DNA of 64,000 bases from an uncultured Methanosarcinales archaeon (GTDB lineage: Archaea > Nanobdellota > Nanobdellia > Woesearchaeales > CAZYIM01): contig CAZYIM010000007.1 in assembly GCA_964647565.1 (NCBI GenBank), forward strand, positions 1 to 64,000, in the 5' to 3' direction. Every line of letters begins with the position of its first letter. Within the stretch, counting starts at the first letter, position 1. The notes below the pieces were generated by a model. The model was not told the DNA's origin, searched no databases, and saw only the letters and a program-made list of their open reading frames with translations. Of the stretch, positions 1 through 8,245 are shown piece by piece. Both the position numbers and the translations under genes were made by a program.

Positions 1-426
1 GTGTATTGATAAAGCAATTAAAACTTCCCTCCTAAGATCTTCGGGTTCCGATTGAATTGAAAGTTGAGATACTATGGCTTTTTTTCTATTACTATCGCAT
101 CTTCCATGAACTGTATCCCTGCCTAGAACCACAATAGGGAGATCACTAACAGCCAAAACATCTTGATCACCATATATTTCATTTAGATAATCAAAAATAC
201 TTGAACGTCCACAAAAATTATGTGCGGTGAAACCATAAGTTTCTGAAGTGTCAACAAATGAGAAAAGATTAGGATTCGTACTTCTATTAATGTCTTGATG
301 ATTCAGAACATTTACGCCATCATATTTTGATTTGAATCTGAGACCAGTCACCTTGGCGATTTGTTCAAGGGTATGTTTTTTTATTTCTGTGTTTAATGGA
401 ACAATTATTAGTTCTGCCATATTCAT
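1..426 (-). CDS. Archaemetzincin-like Zn metalloprotease, 5' part (runs off window edge; absent from ORF track)
   Basis: Hand translation MNMAELIIVPLN...DVLAVSDLP...VHGRCD...KAIVS...RREVLIALSIH is open to base 1. The layout matches archaemetzincin up to the first His of HExxH. BRE-TATA (ccgaaaagtttataaat) lies at 441-457 on the minus strand. Confidence 0.6.
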   Translation of the reverse strand, partial: MNMAELIIVPLNTEIKKHTLEQIAKVTGLRFKSKYDGVNVLNHQDINRSTNPNLFSFVDTSETYGFTAHNFCGRSSIFDYLNEIYGDQDVLAVSDLPIVVLGRDTVHGRCDSNRKKAIVSQLSIQSEPEDLRREVLIALSIH

Positions 427-552
427 TATGGGTTTAGTTCATTTATAAACTTTTCGGTTTGTAGTCACTTATGAGTGATAATTAAATAGGGAAGTTTGTG
501 AAGGATTTGGTGGTTAGTTAGTGGAAGATGTAGAAGAATTCTGGTGATGTGT

Positions 553-1476
553 TCAATTGGATGTTATTAGCATGGATCCGATTGGTTCTGTTTTTATCAT
601 CTGGTATTTCACTGAGAGCTTGGGGCCGAATAAGCCGTTATCAGCAACAGCGGAGTTCTTAACAGCATCAACAAGATCAACGCCCCTCTCTTCGAGCCAT
701 GCATTTCTTCTTGCAGCAACTTGAAGTGCAGATGTTGTCTCTTGAATCCCTGTCTCAAGGGATGTGGCTTTGACTTCATCATAGAAATCCCGTATCTGTC
801 TTTCCATATAAGGATCGTAGTCGCCTTTAAACCACTTACGAAGCTGGATGATCGGTCCTTGATCCCCATATTTGGGAGTGAAACTCTTTAATGGTCCTGA
901 ACCCTCATGCTCAAGCCATGTTGGGATAGATATTTCCTGATCATCTGCAGGAAAGTCTTTTGTAAATGACGGAAGGCATATTTCATCTGCGATCTCGTAT
1001 AAGGCTTTTTGTTGATTAACTAGATAGCCCATCCCCTCTAGATCAATGATGGCTTGAACGTACGATTCCTCTTGTTTTGGTTTGGACTGGACATCAGTTG
1101 GAAAATAATTCCAGGCATTAATGTTTGTATTGTCTTGAGTCCGGATTGTACCTCCGACGTTCCGATCAATTTCGAGATTTATCACTAATGCTCCTTCTAC
1201 AACATTTATGTATTCCTGGATAAGCTCAGGTGATAGTTCCATGGCCCTGTCTAAAATAAGGCCAAATCCAAACGCGCCAGTAATAAGGCAACCCTCATCA
1301 GAAGCAGGATATCTTTCTGGTGTCAAATATGCAATTCCATTAAGAGATACCTTTGCATTATCCCTGAGATGATCTGAAAGTCGATCAATTGCCCAACTCG
1401 CGTCCAATCTTGTTTCATCGGTATCTCTTTCTTCACCAGTAGGTTTTACCACAATATCAAGGCTTGTAACTTGCAT
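553..1476 (-). CDS. Hypothetical protein (307 aa)
   Basis: Long ORF with TATA-like sequence about 25 nt upstream; no recognised motif. Confidence 0.75.
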   Translation of the reverse strand: MQVTSLDIVVKPTGEERDTDETRLDASWAIDRLSDHLRDNAKVSLNGIAYLTPERYPASDEGCLITGAFGFGLILDRAMELSPELIQEYINVVEGALVINLEIDRNVGGTIRTQDNTNINAWNYFPTDVQSKPKQEESYVQAIIDLEGMGYLVNQQKALYEIADEICLPSFTKDFPADDQEISIPTWLEHEGSGPLKSFTPKYGDQGPIIQLRKWFKGDYDPYMERQIRDFYDEVKATSLETGIQETTSALQVAARRNAWLEERGVDLVDAVKNSAVADNGLFGPKLSVKYQMIKTEPIGSMLITSN

Positions 1477-1618
1477 AAGAATGGGTAATCCGTCTATCTA
1501 TATAAGATTTATTATAAATGCAGAAAATAATAATTTAAATTGGATTATCCTGCCCGCCCTAAAAGCCCCTTCGAAGAATAATTTATGTTGTAGGGTTTTC
1601 GGAGAATTTATAGAAAGC

Positions 1619-1651
1619 TTTAAATACTACTAAGTATTACTTAGAAATACT
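1619..1651 (+). promoter_or_regulatory. TATA box plus AATACT/AGTATT operator repeats of the RHH gene
   Basis: tttaaata at 1619-1626; aatact 1623-1628, agtatt 1633-1638 and aatact 1646-1651 sit directly before the ATG. Confidence 0.55.
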
Positions 1652-1897
1652 ATGCAAGCAGTAAGCCTGAAACTCGAGGATTCTTTTCTACAGGATATTG
1701 AAAAGACCATGAAGCAGCACAGATATACGACCAAGACAGAGTTTATCAGGGAAGCGATAAGGGATAAGATTATCTTTCTGCAGCGGCAAGAAGCCCTACT
1801 AAAGGTCTATGGTGCATCCAAGAGGAAAACGACTGACAAGGAGCTTGAAGAAGCGGGCGAAAAGGCATTCAAAGAACTGGAGAGACAGCTTAAATAA
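1652..1897 (+). CDS. Ribbon-helix-helix (CopG-like) antitoxin/regulator
   Basis: MQAVSLKL...TKTEFIREAIRDKI fits the RHH pattern; adjacent to a PIN gene. Confidence 0.8.
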   Translation: MQAVSLKLEDSFLQDIEKTMKQHRYTTKTEFIREAIRDKIIFLQRQEALLKVYGASKRKTTDKELEEAGEKAFKELERQLK

Positions 1898-2285
1898 TAT
1901 CTTCAGGCAATTTTACCTGTATCAAATCCTTTATTCTTTGGAAATGGAAATCAGTTGTTACGAGCTTGCATTGATTATCCCTGGCAAGAATGGCATGGAG
2001 GGCATCTTTTCTTGGTATGCTTCTGGTTTTTGCAATCTTTTTTGCTTCTTTAAGCTGAATCTTATTGATATGAACCTTTTTGATTAAGTTTACAGGAGAT
2101 AATATCTGCTGTATTTCATTTTTGCTATATCCTAAGATTTTCAGTTCCATCAATGTCAGATCAGAGTAAACAACAGTTTTGTTCTCCCTCATAAGCTTAG
2201 ATAATAACTGGAAAGCAAGCCTCCCATTATTGTTTCTGTTTTCGTAAAGGTCAACCCATATACAGGTATCCAGGTAATATCTCAT
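1890..2285 (-). CDS. PIN-domain (VapC-like) nuclease toxin
   Basis: YLDTCIW, E, DALHAILA and LVTTDFHF match the PIN acidic-residue motifs. Confidence 0.85.
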   Translation of the reverse strand: MRYYLDTCIWVDLYENRNNNGRLAFQLLSKLMRENKTVVYSDLTLMELKILGYSKNEIQQILSPVNLIKKVHINKIQLKEAKKIAKTRSIPRKDALHAILARDNQCKLVTTDFHFQRIKDLIQVKLPEDII

Positions 2286-2397
2286 AGATTATAAATCATT
2301 TGTAAGCTTAAAATAGCTTATTGACGTTTTTTCGGAGGATTTACATAATCTTCCCACCCACCCAACATTTAAATATTCCTCCATATTCCATTTTCTC

Positions 2398-2514
2398 ATG
2401 CGACCGAAGAAGACCATCGCTAAGCTTCAAAGTCTTGTACAGGAGTCAACCACTGACGATAATAAAAAGAGATTCAGGCAGTTCCTTCTCAATACGAGGT
2501 ATAGGAAGAAATAA
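2398..2514 (+). CDS. Small basic protein (38 aa), leaderless candidate
   Basis: MRPKKTIAKLQSLVQESTTDDNKKRFRQFLLNTRYRKK*; tttaaata lies about 25 nt upstream of the ATG. Confidence 0.45.
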   Translation: MRPKKTIAKLQSLVQESTTDDNKKRFRQFLLNTRYRKK

Positions 2515-2572
2515 ATTCCCACCACAATCCTTTTATATTCTAAGGTATTCCTTTTTTATCTCGGGTGATAAC

Positions 2573-3100
2573 ATGTTTGCGGACTATACACAACTTATTA
2601 AGGCTGCGTCTTTCAAAGGTTCTATTGCGTTCGAAGAGAGAAAGGCTGTTCGGTTTTTCGTTGATCAGGGAAAGGCTGAGCCGACTGAATTGTCTCTTCC
2701 GATGTTAAATATGCTCTATATTCCCAGTGTTCCTGATGTCTCAGATGGCTTCATGGGCATGTTGTATAGCAAGGGCTTCTTAGAGTATTCAAAGATGTTT
2801 TCAGCCTTTATGCAATTCGGAGAGATAGAGAACCTGCCTGATGTAAAGGACAAGGAATTCTATGTATATGCTCTGCATCACGGCTTCGACTATGGACATC
2901 ACGGGGAGGCTTGCATAACAGGCCTATTACTAGAATCCGAACATCTGGAGAGTAATTTAGGAAGGCCATTAGATGAAAACTCAGACATGTATAAGCTATT
3001 ATTGACATGGGAGCAGTTCGATACCCCGCAGAACCATGGAGGGGCTATCAAGACCTTTGATAGGCTGGAGCATAAGATAGTGAAATTAGAGATCAGATAG
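2573..3100 (+). CDS. Hypothetical protein
   Basis: Start moved from TTG 2321 to ATG 2573 (MFADY), which follows a GGGTGA RBS and a TATA box. Confidence 0.7.
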   Translation: MFADYTQLIKAASFKGSIAFEERKAVRFFVDQGKAEPTELSLPMLNMLYIPSVPDVSDGFMGMLYSKGFLEYSKMFSAFMQFGEIENLPDVKDKEFYVYALHHGFDYGHHGEACITGLLLESEHLESNLGRPLDENSDMYKLLLTWEQFDTPQNHGGAIKTFDRLEHKIVKLEIR

Positions 3101-3270
3101 CTGTCTATGTAACTTCCGCAAATTCTTCAATTTTTCCTGGCAAAGCTTTTTTAAGTTATGAACATTCTAATAAGTAGAAGAGAAACCAGTTCTGAAAAAG
3201 TTCATAGGGTTCTGGATGTAACTGATTGGTAACCAAAAAATTTATATAGTTTCGATTGTTACCACACCGT

Positions 3271-3852
3271 ATGGCAGTAAAAAAACTAAAAAAAACAAAT
3301 GATATTGAGCTCAACGAGGCATACAACAAAGCACTGAACTGGTTTTTTTCATTCCCAAACAAGGAGATAGGTCTAAACGACCTCTCAGAAGCTCTAAAAA
3401 TATCCAAGACAACCGCAAAAAGAGTGGTGCTTAAATTGATGAATGAAGGTTTCCTGAAAAGAGAAATATTGGGTAAGATATGGAGGATCTACAATAACCA
3501 GGGCCATCCATTTAACTATACAAGAAAGATCTGTTATAATCTGGCTCATGTCTATGAATCTGGCATCATGAATGCAATATATGACATCATTCCTAATCCT
3601 AAGGCAGTCATCCTTTTCGGCAGCTACCGAAAAGGGGATGACAATGAAAAAAGCGATATAGACATTGCTGTAGAAATAGTAGGCAATGAAGAGGTTAAGA
3701 TAGTTGAACTGGGAAGCGTAGATGAGTTCGGATACAGGAAAAATGTTCCTGTCAATCTACACATTTTCACAAGAAACAAGGTGGATCTGAATTTGTTTTC
3801 AAACATTGCAAACGGTATTGTAATTGAGGGATTCCTGGAGGCCAGACCTTGA
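3271..3852 (+). CDS. wHTH plus minimal nucleotidyltransferase (MNT antitoxin)
   Basis: N-terminal HTH; LFGSYRKGDDNEKSDIDIAV is the GS...DxD motif. Start placed at ATG 3271 behind tttatata. Confidence 0.85.
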   Translation: MAVKKLKKTNDIELNEAYNKALNWFFSFPNKEIGLNDLSEALKISKTTAKRVVLKLMNEGFLKREILGKIWRIYNNQGHPFNYTRKICYNLAHVYESGIMNAIYDIIPNPKAVILFGSYRKGDDNEKSDIDIAVEIVGNEEVKIVELGSVDEFGYRKNVPVNLHIFTRNKVDLNLFSNIANGIVIEGFLEARP

Positions 3853-4241
3853 GAATAAGAAGACCAGACAAGAAAAACGCATTGAGTCTTATACAGGCTG
3901 CTGGAAAGGACATGAAGTTCACATTATCCATACCGCCTACGGAGGCTTCTGGGCCTACTGTTGTTCGGAACATACATGAATGCTTCAGGAAACTAGGCGA
4001 TGCCTTGCTGATTGCACAAGGAATAGAATCTGAAGATCACATTCTGCCAATAAAGGAGCTCATGAAACTGAAAGCAGAGACCTCAAGGCCGATAAGCCTG
4101 CTGGATAACATGAGAAGACTGAGGATAAACATCAACTATTACGGATACAGGCCAAACCTGGATGAAGTAATAGATGCAATCTCAATTGCAAAAAGTATTT
4201 TTAAACCGTTAAAGGACGTGGTGTTAGAGAAAATGGACTGA
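3849..4241 (+). CDS. HEPN-like protein, partner of the MNT
   Basis: 4-nt overlap with the MNT gene; helical protein with ...MRRLRININYYG in the position of the HEPN Rx4-6H/Y motif. Confidence 0.7.
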   Translation: MRIRRPDKKNALSLIQAAGKDMKFTLSIPPTEASGPTVVRNIHECFRKLGDALLIAQGIESEDHILPIKELMKLKAETSRPISLLDNMRRLRININYYGYRPNLDEVIDAISIAKSIFKPLKDVVLEKMD

Positions 4242-4251
4242 AACCGAATGA

Positions 4252-4284
4252 AAAGAGGTAGCCAGCCCTGTTCTAACAGCATGA
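4252..4284 (+). pseudogene. 3' remnant of a DUF2283-type antitoxin gene
   Basis: Encodes KEVASPVLTA*, against QEPSPALTA* at the end of 6204-6566. The downstream DNA is also similar. Confidence 0.55.
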
Positions 4285-4332
4285 AATTGACTCTGGAATC
4301 TCTCTGCTTTTTCTCGCCGAATTATGATTGGC

Positions 4333-4998
4333 TCAGGCATTATGAATTTCGTTCATTTGATCGTATATTTTAGCTCCAAGGGACATTGTTGATTTGACGT
4401 GCTTAGGATCTATTCTCGAGCCAAACGTAGCAATATCGCCAATAACCTCGGGAAGTTCTGCTAAACTCGTATCCTGATATATATTAACATATGAATCATT
4501 TGTTGTTATTAATCCAAAAAAACTCAGGGCAACTTCTTTATTTAAGTGGGACTTACATTGACAAACTCTTGATATTAATTCTTTTTTCGAGTAATGATCT
4601 GCCAGGGTTTCCATAGCAAGATATCTCAATCCTTGGGATTTTCTGATATCCACAATTGAATCTAGCTGTATTTGAATTTTATCTCGTTTCAATTCTATGC
4701 CTTTATAGACGCTGTCTTTATCGTCTGGATCGACCTGTTTTGCTTTTAAATTAATTTTTGAATATTTTTTAAGTATTTTTTTTAAAGATTTTATCATCGC
4801 ATTATATTCTTTGGTGTTTTTGATGCCTGTTTCAATCAATAATTGTTTCATTTCAATCAGGGCATCATACTCTGATTGGATGCCGTTTTTTAGCGTTCTT
4901 CTGGGTTTTCTTCCAGTACCTGCCTCGACCACAGTATCCGACACATTATTCTCTCTAGCTCTTATATCATCCATAAGATCATTTATAGTTAACTCCAT
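4333..4998 (-). CDS. Hypothetical helical protein, partial paralog of 10164-10571
   Basis: Shares the EYDALIEM...LIETGIKNT..Y.A.I segment and the upstream leader with 10164-10571. Confidence 0.75.
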   Translation of the reverse strand: MELTINDLMDDIRARENNVSDTVVEAGTGRKPRRTLKNGIQSEYDALIEMKQLLIETGIKNTKEYNAMIKSLKKILKKYSKINLKAKQVDPDDKDSVYKGIELKRDKIQIQLDSIVDIRKSQGLRYLAMETLADHYSKKELISRVCQCKSHLNKEVALSFFGLITTNDSYVNIYQDTSLAELPEVIGDIATFGSRIDPKHVKSTMSLGAKIYDQMNEIHNA

Positions 4999-5071
4999 TT
5001 TATCGACCTCCCTTATGTCTGTTATAGACCTTTTTTAAGGGCAATCACCGGGTTTTTCTACCCTTTATAAA
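4996..5071 (-). repeat. Promoter/5' leader repeat, copy 1
   Basis: Hand alignment gives about 85% identity to 10569-10643. Confidence 0.85.
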
Positions 5072-5190
5072 TATTGCCATTATTTACCCCCTATGAGTGA
5101 TGAAAAAAGAAACTAGTGTCTGATCCTGGAGCTGTCGGTTAAGGAAAAAGAGTAAGATTTGCATTTTAGTGCAGAAATTAAATATTAACT

Positions 5191-5679
5191 TCATTTTATA
5201 TGCTCTAGGATCTCCTTGATGCATTCTTCCACTGGCTTATCTATATCTATGACAATTCCATAATCAAACTCAGTGGATTTCTTAAAGACTGCTATTGCTG
5301 CGTCTTTCCCATGGGTTTTCTGCCTATTCTTATCACGCTCTATACAAACATCCAAGGGCGCTTTTAGGGTAAACACATAGTGGGAACAGTCCAACCTCGC
5401 AATCAAGTCCTCAATCTGGGACTTCCAATAGAAGTTGCCGTCAAAGATAACAGGCTTGCCACTATCAAGCACATCTTTAGCCTTATCCACAATTATCTTA
5501 TTGGCTTTTATAAAACTCTTCTGAGAGATATATCCATCTTCCCAATCCCTATCAAGACCATGCTGCTCGAGCACCCTATCTACTGCAAAACACTCCGCAC
5601 CCAGTGATTCGGAAAGCCTTTTTGCTATTGTAGTTTTCCCGCATCCCAGTGGCCCGCGTATTATCAGATAAACGCTCAT
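5191..5679 (-). CDS. P-loop kinase (AAA_33/nucleotide kinase-like)
   Basis: GPLGCGKTT Walker A, VIFDGN, and a CIERDKNR lid motif. Confidence 0.8.
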   Translation of the reverse strand: MSVYLIIRGPLGCGKTTIAKRLSESLGAECFAVDRVLEQHGLDRDWEDGYISQKSFIKANKIIVDKAKDVLDSGKPVIFDGNFYWKSQIEDLIARLDCSHYVFTLKAPLDVCIERDKNRQKTHGKDAAIAVFKKSTEFDYGIVIDIDKPVEECIKEILEHIK

Positions 5680-5730
5680 AGAAGATCATAAAACATATGG
5701 ATTTAAAAGATTACCCTTTCCCGGAATCTC

Positions 5731-5760
5731 TCTGTTTTTTCCCGCTAAAGTTTTATGAAG
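5731..5760 (+). repeat. 30-bp direct repeat, left of TA module
   Basis: tctgttttttcccgctaaagttttatgaag matches 6594-6623 at 28 of 30 positions. Confidence 0.85.
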
Positions 5761-5782
5761 AGTGACTTTTTAATCTGAAAGA

Positions 5783-5869
5783 ATGTATGAATGTGCAATA
5801 GCAAGTGAAAAAAGCCTTGCCAAGGACTGGCTGAGCAAGGAAGAGGAAGAAGCATGGAAAGATCTATGA
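5783..5869 (+). CDS. 28-aa antitoxin-like minigene or remnant
   Basis: MYECAIASEKSLAKDWLSKEEEEAWKDL*. SE.SL.KDW...EE..AW.DL is a typical C-terminus of small antitoxins. Coupled to the next gene by an ATGA overlap. Confidence 0.6.
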   Translation: MYECAIASEKSLAKDWLSKEEEEAWKDL

Positions 5870-6207
5870 ACTTCCAGGATTATGTCGTCAACAGACTGAA
5901 AGCATTTACAAAGAGAGATATCATTTTCACCAGTCATGCTCTGATCAGGATAACGCAAAGGCAGATTGAGAAAAAAGAGATTATAGAAAATCTTTTAAAT
6001 CCGAAAAGGTTAGAATATGCTGTAAAGAAACAATCAAGATCAAGAGATGAAGAGAAATTTGTTTGTTACTTCGCATATACTAAAAAATTATGCCATATGT
6101 ATGTAATAGTTATTAAAAACAACATACTGATTGTTACTGTGGTGAAACTGAATAAGGTCTGGCAGATGACAACTGAAAAAAAGCTGTCGGCGAGGAGATT
6201 TCAATGA
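5866..6207 (+). CDS. DUF4258-like (RelE/BrnT-fold) toxin
   Basis: IIFTSHALIRITQRQI...ILIVTVV pattern; ATGA overlaps at both ends. Confidence 0.75.
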   Translation: MNFQDYVVNRLKAFTKRDIIFTSHALIRITQRQIEKKEIIENLLNPKRLEYAVKKQSRSRDEEKFVCYFAYTKKLCHMYVIVIKNNILIVTVVKLNKVWQMTTEKKLSARRFQ

Positions 6208-6566
6208 TAAGAAAGTTCAATTTTGATTATGATAAAGAAAATGACAGTTTGTTCCTATTCGATCCAAAATCAAAGACAAAAGCCAGCATAGAGATGGATG
6301 ATATTGTTATAGACTTCAACAATAAAAAAGAGGTTTCTGGGATAGAATTGCTGCACGCTACGGCATTCTTCAAAGGACTGGATATTGAAGGAAAGAAAAT
6401 CAGCAAGCAGATGCTTAAAGAAATTACCCAATGTAAGATCGAAATCATACCGAAAAATAATTTCATTATGATTAGGTTCATGCTGCAGTTTAAATCAAGA
6501 AAACAATTGACAACACCTGTTTATGTACCTTCTGTTCAAGAACCGAGCCCCGCTTTAACAGCATAA
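6204..6566 (+). CDS. DUF2283-like antitoxin
   Basis: YDKENDSLFL...IVIDF...VSGIELLHA signature. Confidence 0.8.
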   Translation: MIRKFNFDYDKENDSLFLFDPKSKTKASIEMDDIVIDFNNKKEVSGIELLHATAFFKGLDIEGKKISKQMLKEITQCKIEIIPKNNFIMIRFMLQFKSRKQLTTPVYVPSVQEPSPALTA

Positions 6567-6593
6567 AATTGAACCCGGAACACTCTAAACCTC

Positions 6594-6623
6594 TTTGTTT
6601 TTTCCCACTAAAGTTTTATGAAG
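6594..6623 (+). repeat. 30-bp direct repeat, right of TA module
   Basis: tttgttttttcccactaaagttttatgaag matches 5731-5760 at 28 of 30 positions. Confidence 0.85.
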
Positions 6624-6770
6624 CTTTTTTTCTAAGATTATTCTTGGCTATATTTATATAATAATCCGGGATTCTTTTCTTCATACGGATATAGATATTG
6701 TGAAAAATAAGGTAAATATGGGCTTTTTTCATAACTTTTAAATATGACTTATTAAACCTTATTCTTAAAG

Positions 6771-6854
6771 ATGAAACATTTAGCAAGCAAACGTAAATTT
6801 TCTAAGTTGTCTTTGCTAGATAGCATCCTGATTTGCTTCTGCTTTTATTGTTAA
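6771..6854 (+). CDS. Putative leader peptide (27 aa) of the aromatic amino-acid operon
   Basis: MKHLASKRKFSKLSLLDSILICFCFYC*; ttttaaata at 6736-6744 places the transcription start near this ATG. Confidence 0.55.
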   Translation: MKHLASKRKFSKLSLLDSILICFCFYC

Positions 6855-6929
6855 GCCCTGGGTTTGATTTTTAATCCTTGAGGCTCCTGACAAACATTTT
6901 TGTTGGGATTCTAAACCCGGGCGCGGCTT
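6855..6929 (+). promoter_or_regulatory. Structured 5' leader (attenuator-like)
   Basis: gccc(t)gggtttg 6855-6866 pairs with taaacccgggc 6912-6922. An inner stem pairs 6885-6894 with 6899-6908. Confidence 0.55.
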
Positions 6930-6966
6930 CAAGTGATTAATACAAATAACAACGAGGAGGATAAAA

Positions 6967-7992
6967 ATGATAATTGTATTAAAACCAGATGCACTGGAGG
7001 AGGACATAAAGCACCTGATGGAGATCATTGAGGAAAAGGGATTTAAGCCATTCAAGTCAGAAGGTGAGCTTAGGACACTGATCCATGTGATTGGCGATGT
7101 TCGGGATGATTCGCCGACACTTTTCAAGTCGATGCGCTGTGTTGAGAAAGTGATGAGGGTATTGAAGCCATACAAGCTTGCCAGCAGGGAGCATCATGAC
7201 CAGACAACCATAGTCGATGTTGGTGATGTTAAGATTGGCAATGGCGAGTTTGTGGTCATCGCAGGCCCTTGTTCTGTTGAAAATGAAGAGCAGATAATGG
7301 CCACAGCCAGGATATTGAAGAAAATGGGCGTCAGGATCATGAGGGCATCTGCATTCAAGCCAAGGACCTCGCCTTACGATTTCCAGGGCCTTGGCCTGGA
7401 AGGATTGAAACTCTTAAAGAAAGTCCGCGATGAGGTCGGTTTGCTGGTTGAGACAGAGGTCATGGATGTCCGCGATGTTAAGGTCGCTGCTGAATATGTC
7501 GATATCCTCAGGGTTGGCGCCAGGAACATGCAGAACTTTGACCTGTTAAAGGAGATGGGCAAGGTCAAGTTGCCTGTAATCTTAAAAAGAGGGATGTCTG
7601 CAACTGTCAAGGAGTTCATCATGGCTGCAGAGTATATATTATCCAGCGGAAATCCAAATGTCATCTTATGTGAACGAGGTATAAGGACATATGAGTCTGC
7701 CTACAGAAACACGCTCGATATCACTGCAGTCGCACTGCTAAAAAAAGAGACTCATCTGCCTGTGATTGTGGATCCAAGCCATGCTGCAGGGGATAGAGAA
7801 CTCATAACACCTCTTTCAAAGGCATCTGTTGCTGTTGGTGCAGACGGGATCTTAATCGAGATGCATCCAAATCCAGAGATTGCATTAAGTGATGGTGCAC
7901 AATCCTTGTATCCTGACCAATTGGAAAATCTTTTAAGTGAACTTAAAATTGTATGTGATGCATTAGGCAAGGTGTTAAAAGATGGAACTTGA
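6967..7992 (+). CDS. aroF: DAHP synthase, type I-beta with N-terminal ACT-like regulatory domain
   Basis: IAGPCSVE, FKPRTSPYDFQG, GARNMQNF, CERGIRT, VDPSH and LSDG motifs; GAGGAGG RBS. Confidence 0.95.
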   Translation: MIIVLKPDALEEDIKHLMEIIEEKGFKPFKSEGELRTLIHVIGDVRDDSPTLFKSMRCVEKVMRVLKPYKLASREHHDQTTIVDVGDVKIGNGEFVVIAGPCSVENEEQIMATARILKKMGVRIMRASAFKPRTSPYDFQGLGLEGLKLLKKVRDEVGLLVETEVMDVRDVKVAAEYVDILRVGARNMQNFDLLKEMGKVKLPVILKRGMSATVKEFIMAAEYILSSGNPNVILCERGIRTYESAYRNTLDITAVALLKKETHLPVIVDPSHAAGDRELITPLSKASVAVGADGILIEMHPNPEIALSDGAQSLYPDQLENLLSELKIVCDALGKVLKDGT

Positions 7993-8245
7993 AAAAATCA
8001 GGGAAAATATCAATATTGTTGATACTAAGTTAGTCAGATTGCTTGCTGAAAGAGACGCTCTTATCAAGGAGATTACGCCAATAAAGAAAAAACATAACTT
8101 GGCCATATCTGATCATAGTCGGGAAAACCAGCTTTTGGCCAATGTACAGGCTTTGGCGAGCGAAAGGGGTCTTGATCCAGACTATACCGAGTCCCTGTTC
8201 AGGCTAATCCTTGAAGAATCTAAGAGGCTGCAGAGATGGAGATAG
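7982..8245 (+). CDS. Chorismate mutase (AroQ type)
   Basis: LEKIRENINIVD..LV.LLAER...K...D.SRE...ES..LQ pattern; overlaps both neighbouring genes. Confidence 0.9.
   Translation: MELEKIRENINIVDTKLVRLLAERDALIKEITPIKKKHNLAISDHSRENQLLANVQALASERGLDPDYTESLFRLILEESKRLQRWR

Noticed and set aside
2321..2572. TTG-started N-terminal extension of the 259-aa ORF
   Set aside because: It overlaps promoter elements and a better-supported small ORF. ATG 2573 has its own RBS and TATA box.
3100..6700. Integron with attC sites, or dif-module array
   Set aside because: No integrase gene is present, and the repeats lack attC dyad structure and the 11-6-11 dif layout. Kept only as direct repeats.
6816..7175. 119-aa minus-strand ORF over the aro leader
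   Set aside because: Mostly antisense to aroF, with no motif or promoter support.
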